Shown: positions 1 through 9,175 of the stretch, in pieces
Layout of the letters: each line of letters starts with the position of its first letter
How positions within the stretch are numbered: the first letter of the stretch is position 1
Origin: an uncultured Actinomycetota bacterium
Lineage (GTDB): Bacteria > Actinomycetota > Actinomycetes > Propionibacteriales > Nocardioidaceae
Length of the DNA: 64,000 nt
Direction: 5' to 3'
Assembly: GCA_963707755.1 (NCBI GenBank)
Contig: CAVPRC010000008.1
Coordinates: forward strand, 191,903 to 255,902
Made by a program: the position numbers and the translations under genes
Notes under the pieces: model-generated
What the model was told of the DNA's origin: nothing
What the model saw: only the letters and a program-made list of their open reading frames with translations
The model's database searches: none

Positions 1-453
1 GAGTTCCTGCCGCACCTGATCGCCTCCGGCGACGGTCACGTCGTGAACATCTCCAGCCTGTTCGGCCTGGTCGGGATGCCCGGCCAGACCGCCTACAACG
101 CCGCCAAGTTCGGCGTGCGTGGGTTCACCGAGGCGCTGCGGCAGGAGATGATCCTGGCCGGCCACCCGGTGCAGGTGACCTGCGTGCACCCGGGCGGCAT
201 CAAGACCGCCATCGTCCGCAACGCCCGGGTGACCGCCTCCCACGAGCACGCCCACGTCGCCGAGCACTTCGACACCAAGCTGGCGAGGATGACGCCGGAG
301 CGGGCGGCCGAGATCATCCTCGACGGGGTGCTGGCGAACAAGCCGCGGGTGCTCGTCGGGTCCGACGCCAAGGCGCTCGACTGGGTGCAGCGGCTGCTCG
401 GCGCGCGCTACCAGCGGCTGTTCACGCTGGCCGCCCGGCGACTCGGCCCGTAG
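1..453 (+). CDS. short-chain dehydrogenase/reductase (SDR), 3' part; 5' end outside window
   Basis: Frame open from base 1. SSLFGLVGMPGQTAYNAAKFGVRGF (Ser...YxxxK catalytic motif) and HPGGIKT are typical of classical SDRs. Stop at 451-453. Confidence 0.85.
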   Translation, partial: EFLPHLIASGDGHVVNISSLFGLVGMPGQTAYNAAKFGVRGFTEALRQEMILAGHPVQVTCVHPGGIKTAIVRNARVTASHEHAHVAEHFDTKLARMTPERAAEIILDGVLANKPRVLVGSDAKALDWVQRLLGARYQRLFTLAARRLGP

Positions 454-511
454 GCGCCTCCCGGCACTGGCCTGGTGCGTCCCTCGCGGGCGGCGGCTGA
501 CCGGTCGTGTC

Positions 512-1351
512 TCAGGGGCTACGCGTCGTCGCCTTCTTGGTCGACGTCCTGGTCGACTTCTTCGCCGCGACCTTCTTGGTGGCGCGCTTCACCGGCTTCG
601 CGGTCGACGCCTCCTCCACGGGTCGACGCCCCTTGAGCCGCACCCACAGGTGCTCGCGACCACCCGGCGCGGTCACCGTCTTCGTCTCGACGAAGGGCTG
701 CGCCTTGACCAGGTCGCTGAGCTTGCCGAACCCGTAGCTGCGCGAGTCGAACGAGGGGTCGGTGCGGTTCAGGTGGTTGCCGAGCGCACTGAGCGAGGCC
801 CAGTCCTCGTCGTCGGAGTCGACCCTGTTCAGGGCCTTCGTCAGCACGCTCTGGATGGGGCGGGGCTGGTCGTCCTTCGCCGGCTCCGTTGCCTGCTCGG
901 ACGCCACGCTCTCGCCGCCGAGGACCTCGAGGAACACGAACCTCTCGCACGCTTCGACGAAGGCTTTCGGCGTCTTGCGCTGACCGACGCCGATGACCCG
1001 CTTCCCCGACTCGCGCAGCCGGGTGGCCAGCGGGGTGAAGTCGCTGTCGCTGGAGACGATGGCGAAGCCCTGGACGTTGCCGGAGTACAGCAGGTCCATC
1101 GCATCGATGATCAGCGCCGAGTCGGTGGCGTTCTTGCCGTAGGTGTACGCGAACTGCTGCTGCGGCGAGATGGCGTTGCCGAGGAGAACCTCGCGCCAGC
1201 CGGTGAGGTGCGGGTTGGTCCAGTCGCCGTACGCCCGCTTGACGGTGATGGTCCCGTAGCTGGCCAGCTCCTCGAACATCTCCTTGATCAGCTTCGCGGA
1301 GGTGTTGTCGGCATCGATCAGGACGGCGAGGCGGGTGCTGTCATCTGGCAT
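512..1351 (-). CDS. NYN-domain (LabA-like) protein with OST-HTH/LOTUS domain and Lys/Ala-rich basic tail
   Basis: Start taken at MPDDSTRLAVLIDADN (ATG 1349-1351). AIVSSDSDFTPLATRLRESGKRVIGVG is the NYN core. DWASLSALGNHL...GFGKLSDLV is OST-HTH-like. The longer ORF to 1579 overlaps the next gene. Confidence 0.8.
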   Translation of the reverse strand: MPDDSTRLAVLIDADNTSAKLIKEMFEELASYGTITVKRAYGDWTNPHLTGWREVLLGNAISPQQQFAYTYGKNATDSALIIDAMDLLYSGNVQGFAIVSSDSDFTPLATRLRESGKRVIGVGQRKTPKAFVEACERFVFLEVLGGESVASEQATEPAKDDQPRPIQSVLTKALNRVDSDDEDWASLSALGNHLNRTDPSFDSRSYGFGKLSDLVKAQPFVETKTVTAPGGREHLWVRLKGRRPVEEASTAKPVKRATKKVAAKKSTRTSTKKATTRSP

Positions 1352-1355
1352 GTGG

Positions 1356-1739
1356 TCAGCTGCCACTGCCGTAGGGGCGGGTGATGATCTCCAGGAAGTG
1401 GCCGCTGGGCTCCTCCCAGTACACGCCGCGGCCGCCGTCGTTGGTGTTGGTCTCACCCGGGCGGTTGCGGGACGGGTCCGCCCAGTAGTCCAGCCCGCGT
1501 TCGCGGATGCGACCGAAGATCTCGTCGAACCGGCCCTCGTCGACGAGGAACGCGTAGTGCTGCGGATGCACCGGGCCATGGTCGTCGGCGAAGTCGAGCG
1601 AGACGTCGTTGTCGACCTGGACGACCAGGAACGGTCCGAACGGCACCGGCTCGCCGACCCCGAGGATCTCGGACAGGAATGTCGCGGACTCCTGCTTGTC
1701 GCGCACCGCCACGATCGTGTGGTTCAGCTGGACTGCCAT
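1356..1739 (-). CDS. VOC / glyoxalase-bleomycin-resistance family protein
   Basis: 127-aa ORF. LNHTIVAVRDKQESATFLSEILG ... HYAFLVDEGRFDEIFGRIRERG is the typical VOC fold pattern. Confidence 0.75.
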   Translation of the reverse strand: MAVQLNHTIVAVRDKQESATFLSEILGVGEPVPFGPFLVVQVDNDVSLDFADDHGPVHPQHYAFLVDEGRFDEIFGRIRERGLDYWADPSRNRPGETNTNDGGRGVYWEEPSGHFLEIITRPYGSGS

Positions 1740-1853
1740 CGGCCTCCGCCCTTCCTTGCACCGGCCACTCGGCGCGGTGATCCGACCCAGGCCACGTGGT
1801 CAGTGTTCCACCATGCCTGCGCGCTGCGGTCGCGTCGCCGCGATCGCGACCCG

Positions 1854-2828
1854 TCAGGCCCGCCGGGTCGCCCGGAACACCGCCCGGGCGGCCGCGGCAC
1901 CGAACGCGTTCGGCCTCCGGTCGGCCGGGCCACGCCCGGTGTCCCACCACCCGAGCGGGACGCCGAGCTGGTACCACCCCTGCACGACCAGCGACGCGCC
2001 GTCGTACACGCTGCCGCGCCCGCCCGGCCGCCACTTCGCCGCCAGCACCGGGGTGATCTCCTCGGTGGTCCGGCCCGGCGTGAACGTGCCGGTGCGCAGC
2101 AGCACCGCGGCCAGCACGCCGAGGGTGTCCAGCTCGAACTCCTGGCTCCACCGTGGACGCGGGTCGACCACAGCGCCCCACAGCCGCGCGTCGTCGTCCC
2201 GGGCCAGCCGGCCCCCCTCCGACACGGACAGCCGGGATCCGTCCAGCCCCAGCAGCCGCTGGGCGGCCAGGTGCTCGTGCAGGAAGCGCAGCGGCGGGAT
2301 GTCGTCCTCGCGCTCCCGCCGCAGCCACGGGAACTCCTCCGTCCACCGGAACCGGTCGTCGAGCGCCAGCACCGTCGCCTGCGGCAGCCCGCCGCCGGGG
2401 GTGACCGTCAGCCCGTCACCCACCGCGTCCAGCAGCGCCCGCACCCCGGCGAGCGAGAGGGCGACGCGGGCGGGCGGACCGGGCCGCGGCCCGAGGGTGC
2501 CGAGCGCGGGCTCCCAGAAGGGTGCGGGGACGTCGGGGAACGACTGCGTCCACCGCCAGACCGAGAGGATCTCGTGCGTCGTCGAGGACCGGCACAGGGC
2601 CGCCTCCTCGGGCCGTCCGGCCGCCTCGAAGAGCTCACCCAGCGCCCACGCCGCCTCGTGGTGCTCGTGCTGCGTGGCCGGCGCGTGCGCGGGCAGGTCG
2701 TGCCAGAGGTAGCGCCGAAGCTCGTCCGGTCCCAGCGAGAGCGCTGCGGAATCCACGGGAGGCACCGGCACATTGTGCCCCCGCGGGCCGGGATATCGTG
2801 GCGTCGAATCCTTGGGGGACTCGCCCAT
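1854..2828 (-). CDS. hypothetical protein (start uncertain)
   Basis: Long ORF with GC3-rich codon usage and no family recognised. An internal GTG start (VDSAAL, near 2765) is equally possible. Confidence 0.5.
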   Translation of the reverse strand: MGESPKDSTPRYPGPRGHNVPVPPVDSAALSLGPDELRRYLWHDLPAHAPATQHEHHEAAWALGELFEAAGRPEEAALCRSSTTHEILSVWRWTQSFPDVPAPFWEPALGTLGPRPGPPARVALSLAGVRALLDAVGDGLTVTPGGGLPQATVLALDDRFRWTEEFPWLRREREDDIPPLRFLHEHLAAQRLLGLDGSRLSVSEGGRLARDDDARLWGAVVDPRPRWSQEFELDTLGVLAAVLLRTGTFTPGRTTEEITPVLAAKWRPGGRGSVYDGASLVVQGWYQLGVPLGWWDTGRGPADRRPNAFGAAAARAVFRATRRA

Positions 2829-3204
2829 GACCAACCGCCCGCTCGGCAGCGCAGACACCGCGGACCGGACCACGACTCCGGTCCGCGACGCGGGCCCGTG
2901 CGACCTCTACGCCCCCGGTCACCAGATGCACTACACGCACCAGGGACGCGCCGTGCGGTCGCCGGCCACCCCGGTCGGCAACGTCATCGTCGACGGAGCC
3001 GACGTCACCCTCGTCCTCGAGACCGGTCGCGAGCTGGCCTGGCGGCACCACGACCCGGCCCGGCTGCGGCGGGCGTTGGAGCTGGTGCCCAGCAAGCGGG
3101 TCGCCTACCCGGACCACCATGCGCTGCGGGTGGGTCCCTACTGGTTCAACTGCGCCGTCGGCTCCGACGGATGGCAGGACTGCAGCCGCCCCGCCGCTCC
3201 GTGA
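2827..3204 (+). CDS. hypothetical protein
   Basis: ATG at 2827 (MTNRPLG...), divergent from the previous gene. Its stop overlaps the next start (GTGA at 3201-3204). Confidence 0.45.
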   Translation: MTNRPLGSADTADRTTTPVRDAGPCDLYAPGHQMHYTHQGRAVRSPATPVGNVIVDGADVTLVLETGRELAWRHHDPARLRRALELVPSKRVAYPDHHALRVGPYWFNCAVGSDGWQDCSRPAAP

Positions 3205-3749
3205 CCTGCGCCGTGACGTCCGCTGCTGGGGCGCCGGTCCGGGTGGTGGCCCGCAAGTGGCCCGACCGACCGCACTGGGAGCACGACGCGCTCCGGCTGG
3301 GCGAGGACGACCACGGCGTCTGGCTGGGCGCCCCGCTCGGCACCTACCTGAGCCGACCCGGCGCGGCCTTCCACAGCGACCAGGCGCACGTCACCCTCGT
3401 GCCCCGCGACGGCGCGTTCGTGGCGACCTTCTACGGCCGCGGCGGGTCCTCGCACTGCGACGTGTACGTCGACATCACGACCGTCCCGGTGTGGGACGGC
3501 GACACCGTCACCGCCGTCGACCTCGACCTCGACGTGGTCCGCGGCTGGACCGGCCGGGTCTGGGTCGACGACGAGGACGAGTTCGCCGCGCACCGGGTGC
3601 AGCACGCCTATCCCCCGGACCTGGTGCGGCTCGCGGTCGGCTCGTGCGAGGCGGTCCGGGACGCCGTACGCCGTGCGGAGGCGCCGTACGACGGACGCAC
3701 TCCCGGGCCCTGGTTCGAGGCGCTGGCCGCGTGCACGATGGGGTCATGA
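3201..3749 (+). CDS. DUF402-like protein
   Basis: C-terminal 182 codons of the 1284-3749 ORF: KWPDRPHWEH...CDVYVDITT...AVDLDLDVV...VDDEDEF resembles DUF402. GTG start is coupled to the upstream stop. Confidence 0.65.
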   Translation: MTCAVTSAAGAPVRVVARKWPDRPHWEHDALRLGEDDHGVWLGAPLGTYLSRPGAAFHSDQAHVTLVPRDGAFVATFYGRGGSSHCDVYVDITTVPVWDGDTVTAVDLDLDVVRGWTGRVWVDDEDEFAAHRVQHAYPPDLVRLAVGSCEAVRDAVRRAEAPYDGRTPGPWFEALAACTMGS

Positions 3750-4021
3750 CCGAGACCGTCGCGCGCCACGTCGTCGTGCACGGGCGCGTGCAGGGCGTGT
3801 TCTACCGGGACTCGTGCCGTCGGGAGGCGCAGCACGCCGGGGTCGCCGGCTGGGTGTTCAACGCCAGCGACGGCACCGTGCACGCCCATCTCGAAGGCCC
3901 GGCGGACGCCGTGGACCGGGTGGTGGCCTGGACCCGGCAGGGACCGTCGCACGCGCACGTCGACCACGTCGAGGTGCGGGACACCCGGCCGGCCGGGCTC
4001 ACCGGCTTCGAGGTCCGCTGA
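3746..4021 (+). CDS. acyP: acylphosphatase
   Basis: 91 aa. VHGRVQGVFYRDSCRREAQHAGVAGWVFNASDGTVHAHLEG matches the acylphosphatase signature. ATGA overlap with the upstream gene. Confidence 0.85.
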   Translation: MTETVARHVVVHGRVQGVFYRDSCRREAQHAGVAGWVFNASDGTVHAHLEGPADAVDRVVAWTRQGPSHAHVDHVEVRDTRPAGLTGFEVR

Positions 4022-4033
4022 CCTGCAACAGGC

Positions 4034-5371
4034 CTAGCGCGGGTCGGTCTGCGGACGCCGCCGCACGGCCCGCGCCCGCAACGGGCCGACCAGGCGCGGG
4101 CCGGACAGCCTGCCCTCGAGGCGCCGCGCCTCGCGCTTGAGCGGCTGGGCGACGTACTCACCGAAGATCACGCCCGCGGCCAGCGCGATCGCGATGGCGG
4201 CCGCGTTGATCATCGAGATCAGGCCGTTGCCGCCCTCGGACAGCAGGTACAGCCCGCGGTAGATCGAGAGACCTGGCAGCAGCGGCACGATCGACGACAC
4301 CACGATCACGAGCGGCGGCACCCGCACCCTCGCCGCGACCGCGTAGCTGACCAGACCGATCAGCACCGAGGCGACGGCGCTCGCCCACGCGACCCCGAGG
4401 CCGCGGTCGAACGCCACGTAGAACAGCACCGCAGCCATCGCCGCGATCAACGCGATCGGGACCAGCGTGCGGGGCGGCGCGTAGCCCGAGAACGCGAACG
4501 CCGCGGCGGTGATCGCGGCACCGGTGGCCATCACCGGCAGCTCGCTGAACGACGCGAAGCCGGGGTCGAGCCGGCCGAGGTTCACCCCGAGCATCCGGCC
4601 AACGGTCAGGCCACCGCTGACGCCGGCGATGACACCGGACGTCGCCAGGATGGCCTCGAGGATCCGGGCCCCGGCGGTGAGCGGGAACCCGGTCAGGGCG
4701 TCCTGGATCGCGCCCATGAAGTTGATGCCGGCCAGCAGCAGGATGATGCCCGCGGTCACGACCCTCGACGGGTCGACGTCCACGCCGGCGGCGACGGTGC
4801 CCACCGCGATCAACGTGGCCAGCAGGCCTCCGGCGACCTGCTGGTAGAAGCCGGGCAGCCTGCGCCGCGTCATCTGCCGCTGGAGGAGGTCGACGCCGAC
4901 GGCGGCGAGGAACGCGATCAGGATCACCACCCAGTCACCGCCGACCAGCAGGCCGACGCCGCCGCCCATCACGCCGAGCCCGAGCGTCACGGCCCAGCGG
5001 GGCAGCCGGTGCCCGGACGACACGATCCGCGCCAGCTGGCTGCGGGCCTCGTCCCGGTCGATGGCACCCGCGATCAGGTCGCGGACCAGGTGGTCGACGA
5101 GGGTGAGGTCCTCGTAGTCGATCTCGCGGTGCCGGACCTGCCGGATCTGGATCATCGCCGGCTCGTCGAAGCTGCTCTGGTGGCTCATCGCCAGCTCGGT
5201 GAAGGTGACGTCCGCGGTCGCGGCGCGCAGCCCGCAGCCGTGCGCGACGTTCAGCATCGTCGCTCCGACGTCGGCCGCGCCGGCTCCCGAGGAGAGGAGC
5301 ACCTCACCGATCCGCAGGGAGAGGTCGAGGGTCTTGTAGGTGTCCCTGCTGGTGTCTTTGCTGTCCGCCAT
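4034..5371 (-). CDS. threonine/serine exporter family (ThrE-like, DUF1212+DUF3815) membrane protein
   Basis: Start at MADSKD. N-terminal soluble part LDLSLRIGEVLLSSGAGAADV, then about 10 Gly/Ala-rich TM helices. Confidence 0.8.
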   Translation of the reverse strand: MADSKDTSRDTYKTLDLSLRIGEVLLSSGAGAADVGATMLNVAHGCGLRAATADVTFTELAMSHQSSFDEPAMIQIRQVRHREIDYEDLTLVDHLVRDLIAGAIDRDEARSQLARIVSSGHRLPRWAVTLGLGVMGGGVGLLVGGDWVVILIAFLAAVGVDLLQRQMTRRRLPGFYQQVAGGLLATLIAVGTVAAGVDVDPSRVVTAGIILLLAGINFMGAIQDALTGFPLTAGARILEAILATSGVIAGVSGGLTVGRMLGVNLGRLDPGFASFSELPVMATGAAITAAAFAFSGYAPPRTLVPIALIAAMAAVLFYVAFDRGLGVAWASAVASVLIGLVSYAVAARVRVPPLVIVVSSIVPLLPGLSIYRGLYLLSEGGNGLISMINAAAIAIALAAGVIFGEYVAQPLKREARRLEGRLSGPRLVGPLRARAVRRRPQTDPR

Positions 5372-5562
5372 CGCGGGTCCAGTGTGACGGGGTCCGCAGG
5401 CTGCCCGCGACCCGAAACCGGGCGCGTCAGGAGTGGCTTTGCTCACCCCGTGACGGCGACGGCCGGCCTGTGCCGCCGGTCACCTTTTGTTTGCGCGTCC
5501 AACCGTTGGGAATCGTGCCGCGAGGGAGGGGGACCGTCGTACTCGAATCCGAAAGGCATCAC

Positions 5563-6981
5563 GTGCACGTGCTCGCTCCGCAAGAGCCACCGAGAGACTG
5601 GAAGCTCGACGACGTCACCGTCACCGAGCCCGGCATCATCAAGCGGGCCATCGGCGCCGCGTCCATCGGCAACGTCACCGAGTGGTACGACTTCGGCGTC
5701 TACGCCTACTTCGAGCCGACGATCAAGGAAGTCTTCTTCGCCGACCTGCCCGACACCATGGGCACGATCGCGACCTTCGGCCTCTTCGCCGTCGCGTTCC
5801 TGGTCCGGCCGTTCGGAGGCCTGTTCTTCGGGCCGCTGGCCGACCGGATCGGCCGCAACAAGGTGCTCGCCACCACGATGATCATGATGGCGCTCGGCAC
5901 GTTCGCGATCGGCTGCATCCCGAGCGAGAAGTCCATCGGCCTCCTCGCCCCGGCCCTGCTGCTGGTCGCCCGTCTCGTGCAGGGCTTCTCGACCGGTGGT
6001 GAGTACGGCAACGCGATGACGTTCATCGCGGAGTACGCCCCCGACCGCAAGCGCGGTTTCCTGGGCAGCTTCCTCGAGTTCGGCACCTTCACCGGCTACC
6101 TGATGGGCGCGATCGTGGTCACCGTCGCCGGCGCCGTGCTCACCGACGACCAGCTGCTCGCCTGGGGCTGGCGCATCCCGTTCTTCGTCGCGCTGCCGCT
6201 GGGCATCATCGGCGTCTACCTGCGCACCCGGCTCGCCGACACTCCGGCGTTCCTCGAGCTCGAGAAGGAGGCCGACGCCCGCGAGAAGCAGCTGCGCGCC
6301 GGCAGCGAGCTCAAGAAGATCGCGAACCTGTGGCCGTTCATGCTCGTGTGCATGGGCCTGGTGCTGGCGTGGAACGTCACCAACTACATGCTGACCTCGT
6401 ACATGCCGACCTACGTCACCGCGACGATGCCGGACATGCAGGGCGGCAAGGGCGTCTCGGAGACCACGTCGCAGATCCTCCAGATCGTCGTGATGGCCGT
6501 CGCGCTGGTGACGATCCCGCTGCTCGGGCGGCTCTCGGACCGCATCGGCCGCAAGCCGATCGTCTGGGTCGGCGCGATCGGCCTGATCGTGCTGTCCTTC
6601 CCGGCGATCATGCTGATCCGCGCGCAGAGCGGCTTCACGATCTTCCTCGGCCTGATGATCATGGGGCTGCTGCTGATCTGCTTCAGCGCCACGATGCCGT
6701 CGACACTGCCCTCGCTGTTCCCGACCCGGGTCCGTGGCGGTGCGCTGTCGATCGCGTTCAACATCTCGGTGTCGCTGTTCGGCGGCACCACCTCGGTGGT
6801 GGTCGGCACCCTGGTCAGCAAGACCGGTGACCTGAACTGGCCGGCCTACTACCTGATCGCCACGGGTGTGATCGGCGCGGTGTCGATCTACTTCACCCAG
6901 GAGTCGAACGGCCGCCACCTGTGGGGCTCCTCCCCCGCCGCCGACTCCACGGCCGAGGCCAAGGAGCTCGTCGACGCCTGA
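5563..6981 (+). CDS. MFS transporter, metabolite:H+ symporter (MHS/ProP-like) family
   Basis: GNVTEWYDFGVYAYF, RPFGGLFFGPLADRIGRNK and GRLSDRIGRKP motifs, 12 TM pattern. GTG 5563 preceded by GAAAGG. Confidence 0.85.
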   Translation: MHVLAPQEPPRDWKLDDVTVTEPGIIKRAIGAASIGNVTEWYDFGVYAYFEPTIKEVFFADLPDTMGTIATFGLFAVAFLVRPFGGLFFGPLADRIGRNKVLATTMIMMALGTFAIGCIPSEKSIGLLAPALLLVARLVQGFSTGGEYGNAMTFIAEYAPDRKRGFLGSFLEFGTFTGYLMGAIVVTVAGAVLTDDQLLAWGWRIPFFVALPLGIIGVYLRTRLADTPAFLELEKEADAREKQLRAGSELKKIANLWPFMLVCMGLVLAWNVTNYMLTSYMPTYVTATMPDMQGGKGVSETTSQILQIVVMAVALVTIPLLGRLSDRIGRKPIVWVGAIGLIVLSFPAIMLIRAQSGFTIFLGLMIMGLLLICFSATMPSTLPSLFPTRVRGGALSIAFNISVSLFGGTTSVVVGTLVSKTGDLNWPAYYLIATGVIGAVSIYFTQESNGRHLWGSSPAADSTAEAKELVDA

Positions 6982-7002
6982 GGCTCGGCGCTCACGCACT
7001 CC

Positions 7003-7036
7003 CGGCCGGGGCGGGACTCGCGTCCTGCCCCGGCCG
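7003..7036. terminator. GC-rich hairpin between convergent genes (likely bidirectional terminator)
   Basis: 15-bp stem cggccggggcgggac / gtcctgccccggccg (one G-U pair) with 4-nt loop, between the MFS stop (6981) and the dinB stop (7051). No T tract. Confidence 0.5.
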
Positions 7037-7050
7037 CGGTGTGTCACGCC

Positions 7051-8097
7051 TCAGCCGTCAGCCGAAGCCGGAGGCGCCATCTCCGCACGCACCCCGACCA
7101 GCCGGACCGCCCGGGTCTGGTCGAACCGCGTCAGCAGCTCGAGCGCGGCAGCCGTGACGTCGGCGACGTCGGACGTGGGACCGGGCAGCGTCAGCGAGCG
7201 CGAGCGGGTCTCGAAGGGCGCGTAGCGCAGCTTCATGCCGACCCGGACCGCCGGCCGGCCCTCGGCCCCGATGTCCGCGGTGACCTGGGCCGCGAGCTCG
7301 CGCACCGCGTCGGCGACGACGGCCCAGTCGGTCTGGTTCTGCTGGAACGTGGTCTCCCGGCCGTGTCCGCGCGCGACGTACGGCGTCGGGTCGACCGCCG
7401 AGGAGTCGACGCCACGACCGAGGCGGCGGTACCACGGGCCCATCGTCGGGCCGAGCCGGTCCGCGAGCAGCTGCGCCTCGGTGGACGCGAGCTCGGACAC
7501 CGTGTGGATGCCGAGCTCGGCGAGCTTGGCGGCGGTCTTGCGGCCGACCCCCCACAACGCGTCGGTGGGTCGGTCCCCCATCACCGCGAACCAGTCCTCA
7601 GTCGTCAGCCGGCCCACGCCCTGCGGCTTGCCGAAGCTCGTCGCGATCTTGGCCTGCAGCTTGTTGTCGCCGATGCCGACCGAGGAGTGCAGCCCGGTCG
7701 CGTCGAGCACAGCGGTCCGCACGTCCGCGGCGAACGCCTCCGGGTCGTCGGTCTCGACGGCGAGGAAGGCCTCGTCCCAACCGAGCACCTCGACGGGTAC
7801 GTCGAGCGAGCGCAGCGTGTCCATGACGCGCACCGACGCCTCGTCGTACGCCTGGTGGTCGACGGGCAGGAAGACCGCGTCCGGGCACTTGCGGGCCGCC
7901 GTGCGCAGCGGCATCCCCGAGCCGACGCCGAACGCCCGCGCTTCGTACGACGCGGTGGACACCACTCCACGCTCGGTGGGGTCGCCCCGGCCGCCGACGA
8001 CCACGGGCAGCCCGGCGAGCTCGGGGCGCCGCAGCACCTCGACCGCCGCGATGAACTGGTCGAGGTCGACGTGCAGCACCCAGGCCCGCGAGGTCAC
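7051..8097 (-). CDS. dinB: DNA polymerase IV (Y-family)
   Basis: VLHVDLDQFIAAVEVL, STASYEARAFGV, GIGDNKLQAKIATSFGKPQG are hallmark DinB motifs. Confidence 0.9.
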   Translation of the reverse strand: MTSRAWVLHVDLDQFIAAVEVLRRPELAGLPVVVGGRGDPTERGVVSTASYEARAFGVGSGMPLRTAARKCPDAVFLPVDHQAYDEASVRVMDTLRSLDVPVEVLGWDEAFLAVETDDPEAFAADVRTAVLDATGLHSSVGIGDNKLQAKIATSFGKPQGVGRLTTEDWFAVMGDRPTDALWGVGRKTAAKLAELGIHTVSELASTEAQLLADRLGPTMGPWYRRLGRGVDSSAVDPTPYVARGHGRETTFQQNQTDWAVVADAVRELAAQVTADIGAEGRPAVRVGMKLRYAPFETRSRSLTLPGPTSDVADVTAAALELLTRFDQTRAVRLVGVRAEMAPPASADG

Positions 8098-8104
8098 CCC
8101 GGCG

Positions 8105-8461
8105 TCACCGGACCACGACCAGCAGGACCACCACGACGAGCGCGACCACGGCCAGCGCGGCCCACGGCACGGGAGCCTGAGGTCGCGCTCGGGTCTCCTC
8201 CGCCGGGGCGTCCGGGTCCTGCCGGCTGCGCAGCTCCTCGGCGAGCCGGTCGAGGTACGCGTCGACCTCGCCCATGTCGTAGCCGGTGCGCAGCCGCACC
8301 GGGTGGAAGCGCCGCGTCTCGACGTCCAGCGGTGTCATCAACGGCGGGTCCGCCGCGAGGGCGGCGCGCGCCTGGTCGAGGAACTCGTCGACCTCGCCGA
8401 TGTCGTAGCCCTCACGCATCCGGACCGTGCTGAACGTCGGATGCTCCTCCGCCATGCCCAT
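8105..8461 (-). CDS. DivIVA-domain repeat protein with C-terminal TM helix
   Basis: Two copies of the G-Y-D-x-G-E-V-D-x-(F/Y)-L-D motif, then AALAVVALVVVVLLVVV. Lies 7 nt upstream of dinB. Confidence 0.7.
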   Translation of the reverse strand: MGMAEEHPTFSTVRMREGYDIGEVDEFLDQARAALAADPPLMTPLDVETRRFHPVRLRTGYDMGEVDAYLDRLAEELRSRQDPDAPAEETRARPQAPVPWAALAVVALVVVVLLVVVR

Positions 8462-8515
8462 GGCCCCATCATCGCGCCGCCGGGCTGCCGCCGACGTGCA
8501 CTACGTTCACGTGTC

Positions 8516-9175
8516 ATGAGCAATCCCGTGCTGCTGGTGGTGGGTGCCGGTCCCGGTGTCGGGGCGTCGGTCGCCCGACGCTTCGGCCGCGAGGGGTACG
8601 ACGTCGCGCTGCTGGCCCGCGACCCGGAACGGCTGAAGGACGTGGGCGAGAGCCTGCAGGCCGACGGGGTGACGACCGGCTGGAGCACGGTCGACGTCAC
8701 CGACGCCGCCGCACTCACGGCCGCCATCCAGCGGTTCGGCGGTCACGCCGGCCACCTCGACGTGCTGCACTTCAACCCGAGCAGGTTCCGGCACGCCGAC
8801 CCGCTCTCCCTGACCGCGGAGCACCTGCTGGACGACGTACGCCTCGGGGTGGCGCCGCTGCTCACCGCGGTGCAGGCGGCTCGGCCGTTCCTGCGCCCGG
8901 GGTCGCGCGTGGTGGCGACCGGCAGCATGGCGGCCGACCAGCCCTGGCACGAGGCGGCCAGCCTCGGGGTGCAGAAGGCCGGGCTGCGCAACCTCGTCCG
9001 GTCGATCGACGCGACGCTGCGCGACGACGGCGTGCGGGCCGTGTCGGTGACCGTCAACGGCACCCTGGAGCGCGGCACCGACCTCGACCCCGACCGCGTG
9101 GGTGACGCGATCTTCGAGGCCACCCGGCAGCCCGAGGACGGGTGGCGGGTCGAGGTGCCCTACCCGGCTAGATGA
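8516..9175 (+). CDS. SDR-family oxidoreductase
   Basis: ATG 8516. VVGAGPGVGASVARRFGREGYDVALLAR is a Rossmann TGxxxGxG-like motif. Confidence 0.8.
   Translation: MSNPVLLVVGAGPGVGASVARRFGREGYDVALLARDPERLKDVGESLQADGVTTGWSTVDVTDAAALTAAIQRFGGHAGHLDVLHFNPSRFRHADPLSLTAEHLLDDVRLGVAPLLTAVQAARPFLRPGSRVVATGSMAADQPWHEAASLGVQKAGLRNLVRSIDATLRDDGVRAVSVTVNGTLERGTDLDPDRVGDAIFEATRQPEDGWRVEVPYPAR

Noticed and set aside
1284-3200. First ~640 codons of the 821-aa + strand ORF
   Set aside because: It is Arg/Pro/Gly-rich and lies antisense or out of frame to three recognisable minus-strand genes. Only the last 182 codons (DUF402-like) look like real protein. This is a typical high-G+C shadow ORF.
5443-7047. 534-aa minus-strand ORF
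   Set aside because: It is fully antisense to the well-supported MFS transporter, and its composition (R, D, G, H runs) is not protein-like.
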